A DNA stretch of 51,805 bases, filler included, from Basidiobolus ranarum (taxonomy: Eukaryota): NCBI GenBank assembly GCA_040143965.1. It is 3 parts of 3 records of this genome, joined end to end, with 100 filler letters (N's around TTAATTAATTAA, not from the genome) between each part and the next. Parts side by side here need not be neighbours in the genome. Positions count along the whole stretch, not along the records: positions 17,328 to 34,527 come from JASJQH010000312.1; positions 34,628 to 51,805 come from JASJQH010000313.1; 1 more part is not named here. One strand, given 5' to 3'. A program made the translations under genes and the position numbers. The notes below the pieces were generated by a model that did no database searches, was not told where the DNA came from, and saw nothing but the letters and a program-made list of their open reading frames with translations. Positions 24,107 through 35,612 of the stretch are shown here, one piece after another. Position 1 is the first letter of the stretch; every line of letters starts with the position of its first letter.

Positions 24107-24911
24107 TTTCCTTTGATATTTAGAAGTTAGCGCAGAAATATCCAGATAAAAAGCAAGCAAGCAAACTCAGAAAAGCAGGATAAGTCAATCGCTAGAATAG
24201 TAAAAAATCAATACATTCTGATACTTAGGGAGTAAGGAGTTTTTCCGCAGATAGGTATATATTAATGTATATAGGTCACAGGACTCATGTTGCGTTTCTG
24301 GTGTTGTCAACTAATGCGGACCAATGTGTATGCGCGGATAAAGTGATAAAAATCAAGCTTGGCATTTATTAAGAATTCAGATGACTATCGAGGATTAACA
24401 ATCATGCCAAGCTCAGATCAAGCATTCATTATTTCCTAATCCAGACATTTCACAAAGATTGTTTGTCACATTGGTATTTGGGCTCAATTTCTTTTAGGGA
24501 GTCACACTAATCCATTTCCACATGTATGATATACTTCTCTACCCTAGCCCCTGTTGGAAGAGTTGGGCTTGACCGTTGATTTGATTCTCTGCCTTGTGGG
24601 AAATTATCGAAAGTTCTTCGATGCAGCCAATTTAATCAGTAAGCGATGGCTTTCCCCAGTAGTCGGGTACGACAGCTATATCTATCCATTCCTGGAGGTG
24701 AAATGACAACAAAATGCGTTCAATATCTGATGTAAAGGAGAGCTATGCATAAAAAAGCAGTAGAGGTGAATATCAATGCTATGGGCAAGATACCTCCTAT
24801 ATAAAATCAGTGGGCCTTGACACTAAGCCCCAAGAAAGATCTTTGAATAGCTAGTTCTATCCAAGCTCTGGTGCACCCTCCAAAACCCAAGACAATCATC
24901 AGTGTGGTATC

Positions 24912-25530
24912 ATGATGGTGAGACTAAGCCTTCATCAAGCTGTAATAGTGTATCTGCTACTCTGCTTCGAGATATGCTCAGCCTTACCTGTTCCTCCTAA
25001 ATTATATACTCTTGATCATGTGTCCACAGGTATTTTCATCCCGATAATTGACAAGATCCTAATCAAATGACAATGCTAATAGCAAGAGTACAATAGCTAG
25101 ACTAGAAAAGCGGCTTGGAATAGGAATCCGGCTCAAAGCTAGCCACCGAGAGCGCTCAAAGAAGACGGGAAAAGATGTGGGATTTCAAGCCGGAATTGGC
25201 TTTGAAGCTGGTATTGATGTAGGAAAAAAGGATCAAGGTCAAGGGGTAAAAGTAGTAGGCCATACAGGACTATCAGCCATTGGTAGGGTTTTTACTGACG
25301 ATGGGAGCGGAGAAGGCGAAATCGGTTTAAAGGCTAAAACCACAGTTGAATTGGGGACTGATTCCACCGGGAAAAAGGCAGAGCTTAATGCTGGTGTAAA
25401 CGTGAACGCTAATATAGGCGGTTCTATAGACACGGAACCTAAATCTATGCCCTGGGATATATCAATGCATGACATAGATCCAGAAGAGTTCAAACGCTTG
25501 TTGAAAAACAGTCAAGCAGAGAAATTTTGA
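24912..25530 (+). CDS. Secreted prepro-protein (183 aa) with a Kex2 site and a Gly-rich beta-strand mature domain; exons 24912-25029 and 25097-25530
   Basis: Exon 1 reads MMVRLSLHQAVIVYLLLCFEICSA|LPVPPKLYTLDHVST. A 67-nt GT..GCTAAT..AG intron joins in frame to ARLEKR|LGIGIRLKA... and on into the 25177 ORF. TATATAAAA at ~24798. Confidence 0.78.
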
Positions 25531-26869
25531 GATAATTTATTACCTTGCTGCACATTCCCTGATCCAGGGATACTATCGATCTACTAGCTCAATGGTGCTG
25601 TTTGCTATGGACAGAGGCTGAACTAAATAAATTAATATTGTGAATACATTCTTAAAACCATGCTAGGTAACACCGGACTTGAGGTTAGCCTACTTACTCA
25701 GCTTCAGTTAGAAATCTGCCTATAGCTGCTAATTCATTAGGTGTTACTTGTAATTTAGAGTTGAGGGTTACCTGATTCGATATATTATTAGTTGTGATAA
25801 AAGTACTGGGTATTTATGCGCGTTGCTAAATCCGTTGAAGTTTCGGTGAGAAGCTTTATATAGAGTTCTATGTCTCTGAGGCGAAATCTCGAAACCCGGA
25901 TTAAATGCTTGAGTTCGATCTGAACTGGGCGATTGAAAATCGATACAAACTCGAATTGAATGGGACAAACTAAGAGCTTGTCAATCAATAGGCTAGCTTT
26001 AACTCCCAATATATTGCTCTGTGAACACAGAGTTTTATATAGGCCTTTATTGCTTTATTTGTAAAATAGTTTGGATTTATACTTATTCGAGGATAACTGT
26101 ATGGCCCCTAATAGAGTCTATCAGCTGGAAACTAAAGCGAAGAACGACGTTTTCTGCACATGGAAGCATATTAACAATTTAGCCATTGTATAAGGAAAAG
26201 TGAAAGAGTCAAGAGTTCGGGCTTTCTCAGAAGTCATGAAATCTACATACCATTTACCAACTCAAACTATTTGTAGTTTAAGCTCAATGTGCATGTCTCA
26301 TACCTATTTGACATCCGTAGTGCTAAAGAAAAGCTGCTTCATCTCATCTTTGAACATGATTATAAACTTCATTCACAAACCTAAGGGTCTGAATTTTATT
26401 CGGTCTTTCTCATTCATATTCGAGTTTCTTAAAGTGGAGTTGATGGAAGATCTCTGCTTTGCTTATTCTTAATTAGTGAACTGGAAAATTTTTGATGAAT
26501 CCTGAATACAAAGTCAATGTAACAAGACCTGTGTTAAACTTTAGGAGTTTAGTGACGAACCGGAGAAAATAAGTAGTTCGAATACCAAAAGTAGACTCAA
26601 CACTAGTACAAGCACAAGATTCATTCAAAAGGGAAAATCGCATTAGCACCAATGAATTTCTCTGAATGACTATCTCTGATGCTGATTTGTACTTAACACA
26701 TAGTATATGGATACATCAGTTGAGTACTCTCCAGTAACATTGGAATAAAATTGCATCGCTTATCACTCTCTTTTCTTACGCCTTTACCTTGTATTTACCT
26801 TTCCCCAACTTTCAAACCCGAGTATTTAAACACGTCTTTAGTAAGGAGATTCGCTTACCAAACGCAACA

Positions 26870-27329
26870 ATGGAGTATATCACGAAGCTGCCCTCTCAAG
26901 ATTCAAGGAACTTTTCTTCCATGTCAGGAGACCAAAAACTTCAAACTCGCTTCTCAGTTCTTATTCCAACTGAGGATACTGCACCAGCTAGTCATCAAGG
27001 TCCTTATAAATTTATTTTTAATCCTCTTCTAAACATCACATGAAATAGATACGGTTAAGTTTCAATTCATCATATTCACCACAATTTCTTTATTTCAGTG
27101 ATTGCTACTTCCAGTGGAAATGTTCTACTTCGTTTTTTGTATAAAAAATTTACTGAACTGGTAAATAACTTGCTGGCTATTTAAACTACCTTGACTAACT
27201 TTTATTTTGTGTCAACGTTAGAATGAAAAAAAGAAAGCTGAACAAATTGAAGAATCTCTGAAACGTGGAAATGAACATCTTGAAACAGAGGAAACAAATG
27301 AAAATCACAAGATTAGTAAAGTAGAGTAG
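26870..27329 (+). CDS. DDA1: DET1- and DDB1-associated protein 1 homolog (99 aa); exons 26870-26999, 27099-27160, 27222-27329
   Basis: Spliced product MEYITKLPSQDSRNFSSM...RFSVLIPTEDTAPASHQ|VIATSSGNVLLRFLYKKFTEL|NEKKKAEQ... It matches the DDA1 pattern as I recall it for human (LP..NKSNFSRF...RPSVYLPT...QIIVTEKTNILLRYLHQQW). Both introns are GT-AG and preserve frame. Confidence 0.85.
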
Positions 27330-29087
27330 ATGCCTCTGTCTTGATTCTTTCTATCAAAATGACGTGCAGTCAACTTGACTACCTACCTCTACGTAATTTG
27401 TTTATCAACTTTGACCAACATAGGTGTTACTTATATGATGTCTTTTTTTTAATCATGATTAGTTTCCTTTTATTAACGAAGTATTTGAAAAGGCCAGTAT
27501 AACTTTAGTGCATCCTTCTACAAATGTAGTTAGCAAAATTTCAATGTAGGGAGAAGTTGTTGTTGTTTCACCCCGTTATTTTTGTTTGATCGATTTTCTT
27601 GGTCTCTTAGAAAATATACGAACTGGTGATTATCATCATTGTTTCGTTTAGTTAGCTGCTAATTGAAATTACTGTGCCACGTCTCATACGTTATTCTCAC
27701 AGGTCCTTCATACTTCTAACATCACGGTTGCTTCGAATTTTATCGCAAATAAGAAATGGCTTTGATCATTCGATATAAATTAGCTAAATCAGTACTCTAG
27801 CACATACTTGTGAAACCCTTTCTAAAATGAGATCTCGGGAATATCTGTAATATACTATGGCATATATAGGGAACAAACGAATAGAGAAAGATCGAAAAAT
27901 TGCGCAGAAAACTAATCAGGTGATGTTCAGGATTGACGTTTGAAAGTGGTATGAAAGGGCTGGTGGAGCCCTCATATTAAATGTCATTATCTTGTATCAT
28001 AATAAGCGACCATGTAGAGGTAGAAGATGAAATGGATATTAAACGACGAACAACCGACTGGTATAACCCCTTTTGAAGTTCAATTTGATTTTACAGACCA
28101 TTGATTGATCACAACAGTACATTCGAACTCTTCATTTGTAGCTCTGTGAAAATCAAATTATTGGTCGTAAATCCGCGTCTCAGCATGTCCCTGTATCCAG
28201 ACTCCTCCACGTGAGAATGTTAGTATTTGATGAAGTGTTGTCATTTCTGGAATTTCTAGACTAAGCTCAAGAAGGCCAAGAAGATAGCTGGTAACATTAT
28301 TTCATTTGACAGAGAAGTATTCTGGATCCCGGGCTCTTAATATGCATACTGAATACGACAATTAGAATAGAAACGTTGTTGAAGCCTGCTGACAAGAAAT
28401 GGTAGCGCATCATCGTCCTTTGTTGCATTTCCAATCCATAAAACTGCCTTAATTTGGGTGGATTTTATTACTATTTGTTGGTTCTATTGGCGTAAATTTT
28501 CAAGAGTTGTTTTCGGAATTACCCCAGGACATTATCACAAGACCTTAGTTCCGCCTGTATATTTATCCGTGAATACAGTATCATTAGTCGTTTCATGCAT
28601 GTAAGGAGTATTTTCAGCAGGTGGACAACCAATATGTCGACCATTTTTGGTTGAACTTTCATACTATATATTACATATATATTCCCGAGTTCTACACGCT
28701 ATTTATCGGGAATTTCGCAACTCTATTAGAGAACCCAGATGTAGATTCTTGAAGTTGGGACTTCCCAAGTTCATGAGATTATGTTCCTATCCTCGGATTT
28801 ATAATACCATTCGTATTTCTGAGTTGAATATATATTACAACTATTTGTTTGGACTGATTTATATGATGTATACTCAAGGTGAGGTATTTAAAACAGGTGT
28901 TTGGTGAAACATGCTGGCATAAGGGAGATGAGGGATTGGGATTGATCAATACAGGCCTATACACTAGGTGGGGAAGCTGAAGTATCCCACTTTGGGTGGT
29001 ACACACTAGTGACAGAGGAGCCAATGACTGAAAGAGATAATCTAATTACATATGAAAATGACCAGTTGTTTGGCTATGTTTCAACAA

Positions 29088-29558
29088 TCAATCCAGCATT
29101 TGCCCATTTAAAATTAGACTCTTCATTGGTGAAGGTGGTCGGTCTCTTGACTTTGAAAAGTTCCTCTGGGGTGACATTTTCATGGAGATACTTCGTTTGG
29201 GAAACGTGGGTGGAGATAGCGGCAATGATTCACTGTTCATAGTGCTCGTGATGCCACCATATTCTGCACCTTCAACCAAAGGCCCGGCATCGGGAAAAGA
29301 GAATCTTCGGAATTGGGACGGGATCTGGGGCCGGCTCTTGGGAGAATTGGCAATATTTGTTGGGTTCCAGGAAGTGTTTTTGGGCAGCGTTCCGGAGTTA
29401 GTCAATGGTGATGTGGCTAATTGTGTGGCTGTTGGTGAGGTAGGCGGGACCCCAAATGTCCCTGAGTTCCAACTAAAACCGCTTCCGCTTATAGATGGTG
29501 TGCGCTTGCGACTGGGGATAGTAAGTGGTTGAGGACGGTTGGTGGTTGGTGAACTCAT
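29088..29558 (-). CDS. Intronless Ser/Pro/Thr-rich disordered protein (156 aa), function unknown
   Basis: Clean ATG ORF with higher GC than its flanks. It has many SP/TP and basic-x-S sites (RKRTPS, RRFSF, KRSIS) and ends RPPSPMKSLILNGQMLD. Confidence 0.72.
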   Translation of the reverse strand: MSSPTTNRPQPLTIPSRKRTPSISGSGFSWNSGTFGVPPTSPTATQLATSPLTNSGTLPKNTSWNPTNIANSPKSRPQIPSQFRRFSFPDAGPLVEGAEYGGITSTMNSESLPLSPPTFPKRSISMKMSPQRNFSKSRDRPPSPMKSLILNGQMLD

Positions 29559-30798
29559 ACTTTGTATTTAGGAGAGAGTAAAGAAGTGGAGGCACTATGT
29601 TGCGGATGAGCTATACGTTTGTTAATAAAGAAGGCGCAGAGTAAACAATGAACGTGGAGGATATACTTGTAACAATTAACTCAGAGGTATGATTGCAATA
29701 GTTATTTAAGATCAAAAAGGTTCTGTCCCTCAGAACTTTTTGCTGGCTATTTAACCAAATCGACTGGCGCCAAGTCACTTGATTAATTGGCCAGCTCATT
29801 CAGTCCAAATCTCAACTCAATAGCTTAGGCCAACACGAATGATGACTCTCGAATTTTCAAGTCACACCTCACCAATCAACCCCTTTATGTGAAACTATAA
29901 GAGAGCTGGCATCCCTTATTGTGTCTTACTAATTTGTTGGAATCTCTAAATTGTTTAATGGCTCAAAACCACAGATAATAATCTATTGTTTATATGGATT
30001 ACTTTGGCAGACGAGGTGAGATGGCATTCCGCTTCAACCACATTACAAGGTTTCAAGGCTCCTTCCTTAAGCCAATCAAAAGCATGTACCAAAATACTCT
30101 ATCTAAAATAGGAATCTCTGTCATAATGATCTCGACTGTACATCAAATACCTTCACATTGTCTTTGATTTACACATCACCATGAGCATGTATAACAGGGA
30201 TCAGGCGGGTTATATGGATAATGTTGGAATTTAAACGCATAGTAAAGAAGTGACCTTAGAATATGGATATGAGAACCTTCCCAATAAATTATTAGACTAG
30301 CTTTGAATACAGATATATTATTAAACTCTGATATTACTCATCATAGCAATAAAATAAATCTCACCTTGCATATATCAGTCAGTGGTGTGATGTTATTAGT
30401 AGGTATGAGTCAAAAATTATCATAGGGGTAGCTACAGACACAAAAAAATTGTAGGCTCGACTTAGGCTTGGATTGCACAATCTACCCATCACAATCTATG
30501 GTATTAACTGTATTGTTTGCATTATTGGATAATTTAATATAAAATTTATCAACTATTCTGCAACTATGTTTTGATAGAGTTCAATTTCTTGAAGAAGTAC
30601 TGTATTGTAAATACTGATTATGAAGTCTCGGTGCATATGATAACTGACACCTTAGTTACTCTTTAAATGAATCTCTAATAACCATGCCAATATTATTCAG
30701 AGCAACAACAGTTGCTGGGAAGTAAGCTCAACCACGCCTATTATACTCCAGGATCTTAGATGCTACTACAGAGAAACTGGCGGAGATCAAATATCTCC

Positions 30799-31758
30799 AT
30801 CAGATAAGTATTATTTATATGCGTAAATAATTGATACCATAATGTGGAGAGTAGGGCTTTAACTGGTAAAAAAATGAAACAAGCATGTCTGAGCCTTAAA
30901 TCTTGTAATGATATACAATACAAAACGAGTCAGATACTATTTGAAGAGAGAACCTAACCAAAAGGTTCGTTCTCTAATTATATCACTTAAGAAATATAAA
31001 TTATGATTTTTTAGATGCTATGATGATACCATAATAAGGATCTATGAAGTTTTTGGACTTGGGGCACCCTTACCCTAATCAGATTTCTGAAGCTAACTCA
31101 TACCTCCCTAGCCACTATCACACATGTCCTGGTTGTGGAGAGACTTAAAATTATAATGAATATCATATATACTCCGCAGGTATCACAACAAGTAAACTGA
31201 ACCTTTACAGAGACCATTTTTAATAAAATAAAAAGTCACTAAACTACTTTTTCCAATGTTTACCACATACCTCCATCTGATAAAGCTTGTGCTCAGTTAT
31301 GAGATGACAATGATGATGAAATACTGGATTTAGAGCTCCTTAAGTACTTAAATATTAAACCAACATACTCTTATTTTTCTTTATAGTATGTTATCGCTAG
31401 ATTTGAACAGCACAGCATCCCTGCCTTAGGAATCATTTTTCATATTTTACCACTTGCTATTGGTTTTAGTTTTATCAGATGGATCTTTCTGTTACGTTTT
31501 CCATCTTAATCAGATTTCGGATTGTAGTAACGCGAGAAAACCGGTTAATTATCAGATGACCTGATTGGCTTTGTGTAAATTATGATAGAATTGATTTGTC
31601 AATAAGCCATTGGATCTGATTGCGACAGTATTCATATATGGAGATACCCACTAGATATTCCACAATTGAGGTCAAACGCAGCAACTATCAGATCGATCTA
31701 AAGAATCACTACCCCTCGAATTGGGGACGTGATTCAAATTATTGAGTGGCTATATAAA
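30799..31758 (+). promoter_or_regulatory. Promoter with clustered ATCWGATAA (iron-responsive GATA repressor type) sites and a TATA box
   Basis: Perfect ATCWGATAA at 30799-30807 (+), 31275-31283 (+), 31472-31480 (-) and 31549-31557 (-). ATCTGAT near-matches at ~31076, 31507, 31614 and 31685. CCAAT (reverse) at ~31564 and TATATAAA at 31751-31758. Confidence 0.65.
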
Positions 31759-31841
31759 CCAGAGTTTCACTCGTAAGAACAAGAGTTTTACCAATTAGTC
31801 CTTTTCATACAATATATCTTATAATTTCAAAGATCAATAAT

Positions 31842-33023
31842 ATGCAAAGTGCAAAGCTCACAGTCAAAAATTTCAGTGCCTTTTCTTCAAAGTACGTATC
31901 TCGAGCTGTATCCCAAAAAGTAAACAAACAATTTCATCGACATATGGTGTCAAAAACGAATGATGTCCACGCTGCTGCTATGAATAATCTTTCCCTGGAA
32001 ATGGAACAACCTATTGAGCCTTTTAAGCTGCCTTGTCGTGGTGAATACAACGTTCTATTAAATACCTTTTATCGCCAGCAACTACCTGCTTGTTTGACCT
32101 CCTTCACATCAGAGGAAGGAAAACGGTTTTTTAAAGAAAGTTTGTGTCAAGGATATGCTGAAGGCTATTTTAACTTAGTCGGTAACTTCACTACTCAATC
32201 AGAACCTCATTGTAAGTCAGTCTTCCTATTTATAGTGTTGAAAATTGTATTGATTTTTGTTCATTCTTAGATTGTGGCCCTAGTTCATTAGCTATGGTTT
32301 TAAACGCTATGGGTATTGACCCTAAGAAACGTTGGAAAGGAAACTGGAGATGGTAAGTTGAAATATGATAAATGAGTTACAAACACAAGCTTATTTATTT
32401 TGATACTTTAGGTACAGTGAAGAACTGTTAGAGGGTTTTAGCCCTTCCGGAAGAGTTCAACGTAGTGGAGTTAATTTCTCTGAATTTGGAGGTAATATAT
32501 GCTAGCAAATTGATGACAAGTTTTCTACATTTTCTAACTAAATTTCCTCGCTCAGACTTAGCTAAAAAGCATTGCCACGTTGTAGCTAAAATGGCCAGTG
32601 AGGTGACATTGAGCGAATTTGTTGAGGACCTCAAACGAGTATGTTCCTCAGATACAGAGCATATTGTCATCTCCTTTAATCGTCGAGGCCTGGACCAGGT
32701 AGGAGAGGGCCATTTCTCTCCAATCGGAGGTTACAATGTCGATCGTCAACAAGCGTTGATTATGGACGTAACTAGGTAAACATCCACGACTAGTAATTAT
32801 ATCGTCTTTTCATGTGTTGCAAATGACTTACCCTGGTTTTAGGTCCAAATATCCAAGTTACTATGCTTCCGTAGAACGTGTCTTCAACTCTATGTGCGAG
32901 GTGGATAAGCACACTGGGCTCTCTCGTGGCTATTTTATTTTAAAATCAAATAGTGATACTCCCAAACATACATATATGCATCATGAGATTCCCCACTTCG
33001 CACCTGAAGCGGTCACCATGTAA
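31842..33023 (+). CDS. Phytochelatin synthase family protein (catalytic domain only, ~310 aa); exons 31842-32211, 32271-32352, 32412-32491, 32556-32775, 32843-33023
   Basis: Motifs FYRQQLP, EGKRFFKE, TQSEPHYCGPSSLAMVLNA (Cys), DPKKRWKGNWRWYSEELL, QVGEGHFSPIGGY (His), LIMDVTRSKYP (Asp) and TGLSRGY. All four introns are GT-AG and in frame. Confidence 0.92.
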
Positions 33024-34527
33024 ATTTTTCCAACGTTATGTTGATCTTTCCCAATCTTGTTTCATACTCTAATTCCCATCACCACACCACATCACATCTA
33101 TAGAATGTGGACTTGTAACATACATATTTCAGCACTCCATTCACACTTCAAATAAATTTCAAATGTTTACGGAGGTAAAATTTCAATGAGAATAATATGT
33201 ATGGGTTCCATTTTCGATTGTAGATTGTCTTTCTACCTCGACATTTTAGCCCAAGAGTATCGGGTATTATACGGGTAAATCTATCTGATAAAATGAAATT
33301 TTTTCTTTCTAACAGCTTCTCTTTTACTCTATCCATTCCGAATTTATCTGATTCGTCCACATCAGGTTAGAATAGTGGTTACACCCGTCAAATCACGAGA
33401 ATATAAACACGTGGATTTGGCATCAGATATCCATCTCTTTCCTACAGTCATAGAGATATCCGATATTTTCCTCAAACAGTATTGAGACGATTCCCCTTTA
33501 GGAATATCTGATCCGGTCCAGGTACCTTTGTACTCCAGATGAACTCCCCTGTTTCAGATGAGTTATTGCGGATTTGCTGTGGTGGGCCAATAGTGTCCTT
33601 GAAATTTTCACTGAGGTCAGTGTATACTTGTTTAAAGTTAAGCAGATTTTAGGGCATAGCGATGATTCTGACAATTATCATACCTAATTGTAGATGGAAA
33701 TACCGGAATACATGTATTTGGTTCACGAATAATTTGATGAATTATCATTGAACATTGGTCTAGATCTTTGAACATAATGGTGGGTTCAAAATGAATTATT
33801 TGTTAGATTAGCAATCTATTCAGAATTTAGGTGTTGCATTATATCGAGACTGTTGAGCAAAGAGGATGGGTTTTCCAAGTAGTTAGCGCATAAGTTATTA
33901 GTACTTCTAGTGATTACCGAGAATACAAGTCACATCCACTACTTACTATGTAGGGATCAACACATTTTTTGAGTTTGCTCAATGATGACATTGAAATGGA
34001 GCAGGGAATATGTAACAAGTGGTAATAGTAGTAATTGAACAAGTTGTCGAAGTTAGCATAGTCTAAACACCTATATAGTCATATATAGCTTAGTATTTAG
34101 TTATTCTATATTGAACTAAGATATTACCTATTGTTCTCAATTGGAATTTACTTGGAATATTTTACCAACCTTCTCAATCGGAGTTTACTTAGAGCTGTTA
34201 GCACAAGTTTGAAAAAATCTATATATCTGAGAATTTCAAAGTTGATAAAAATATTTTAAGCTTTGCGCACATGTTCCTAGGACCTTCCTTAACACATTTT
34301 ACACGTTTTTTTGTTTATATCTTGACAAAACTATAAATGTCAACTTTCTGCTCAATAAATCAATAAGTGAAAACCACCAATTCGAATAGTTCTCCAAACC
34401 ACTTCCAACAAGCTCTCAAAATACTTCAACAACATCATCCTTTACCACATTGATAATTCAAGAGAGAAAAGATGCTAAGGTGAGCTTTTTATATTTCGAA
34501 GCCTTTCTTGTTTGTATAATGTGTTCA

Positions 34528-34627
34528 NNNNNNNNNNNNNNNNNNNNNNNNNNNNNNNNNNNNNNNNNNNNTTAATTAATTAANNNNNNNNNNNNNNNNN
34601 NNNNNNNNNNNNNNNNNNNNNNNNNNN
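34528..34627. other. Artificial contig linker (N44-TTAATTAATTAA-N44)
   Basis: 100-nt N run with a six-frame-stop spacer at 34572-34583. Confidence 0.97.
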
Positions 34628-35612
34628 GGCGTAACGTGGGTCGTACACGATGAATATTGCCAGTAGTCCCAGTCCTATAACGTATATACTGATGATGGCT
34701 GGGTCTGTCCATTCGTACTTGGATCCTCCCCAATTGGTAGGAATCAGGATACAGATGACACCGGCTGCCAATAATAACGTGCCAATCCAATCCACTCGTT
34801 TAATTTTGCTCAAGAAGGTTCCTGGGGTGCGATCAGCATCGAGGAAGTAACCGATAACAAAAAGAGTTACAACAGCAAGTGGAAGTTTAATGTAAAATGC
34901 CCATCTCCAGGTCAAATTATCGGCAAGAGCACCTCCCAAAAGAGGTCCCGTAATTGAGGCAAGAGCAAAGACACCTGCCAGAATACCCATATACTTTCCT
35001 CTATCACGAAGTGGGAATGTGTCTAATAGAGAGATGTAGAAAAGGAAGCATTAGAAAATCAAGAATAGTGACAATACCGGAAGGGTAAATTTTACCTGAA
35101 ATAATAATGAAAGACAGAGAGTAGGTACCGCCACCACCAATGCCGGTGAATGCTCGAGACAAGATCAACATCGTCATGTTCTGCGAAACACCACATAGAA
35201 CTGTACCAACGATAAAGATACAGATTGCGCCAATTAATACAATCTTTCTACCGAAAAGAGTAGCCAATTTTCCATACAATGGATGTAGGATGGTCATACT
35301 GAGAAGGTAGCTGGTACCAACCCAGGAGATTGAATCCATTGCTTCGAACTCATTAGCAATATGTGATAGACAGGTGGCAACAATAGTGTCGTCGATGGCG
35401 CCAAGAAAGAAAGTTAGTGCAAGGCTAGAAAGTTATCGGGTTTAGTGAAGTGAGGAATGTGAAGGATGTTTCTGAAGTATGAATACTAACCCTATAAATA
35501 GAGCAATCAATTTACGGTATGACATCTCTTTTTCGATTACACCGACATCTTGATTTTCCAGCGACTTATCCAAATCCTTGAGTTCAAGAGCGGAAGGGGA
35601 TTTCTCGGACAT
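34628..35612 (-). CDS. MFS drug:H+ antiporter (DHA2, EmrB/QacA-like), 3' half lost in the gap
   Basis: Motifs FLGAIDDTIVATCL, SWVGTSYLL, PLYGKLATLFGRK, RAFTGIGGGG, GPLLGGALADNLTWRWAFYI and RVDWIG. ATG at 35612, with two introns. Confidence 0.9.

Noticed and set aside
25768-26500. Short ORFs between the prepro-protein and DDA1
   Set aside because: No recognisable motifs, non-ATG starts and no coherent exon chain.
27950-28640. Stop-interrupted coding-looking stretch on the minus strand
   Set aside because: Could be a relic, but I cannot assign any family without BLASTX.
33148-33700. Minus-strand ORF fragment downstream of the PCS-like gene
   Set aside because: GTG start, interrupted upstream frames and no motif; unsupported.
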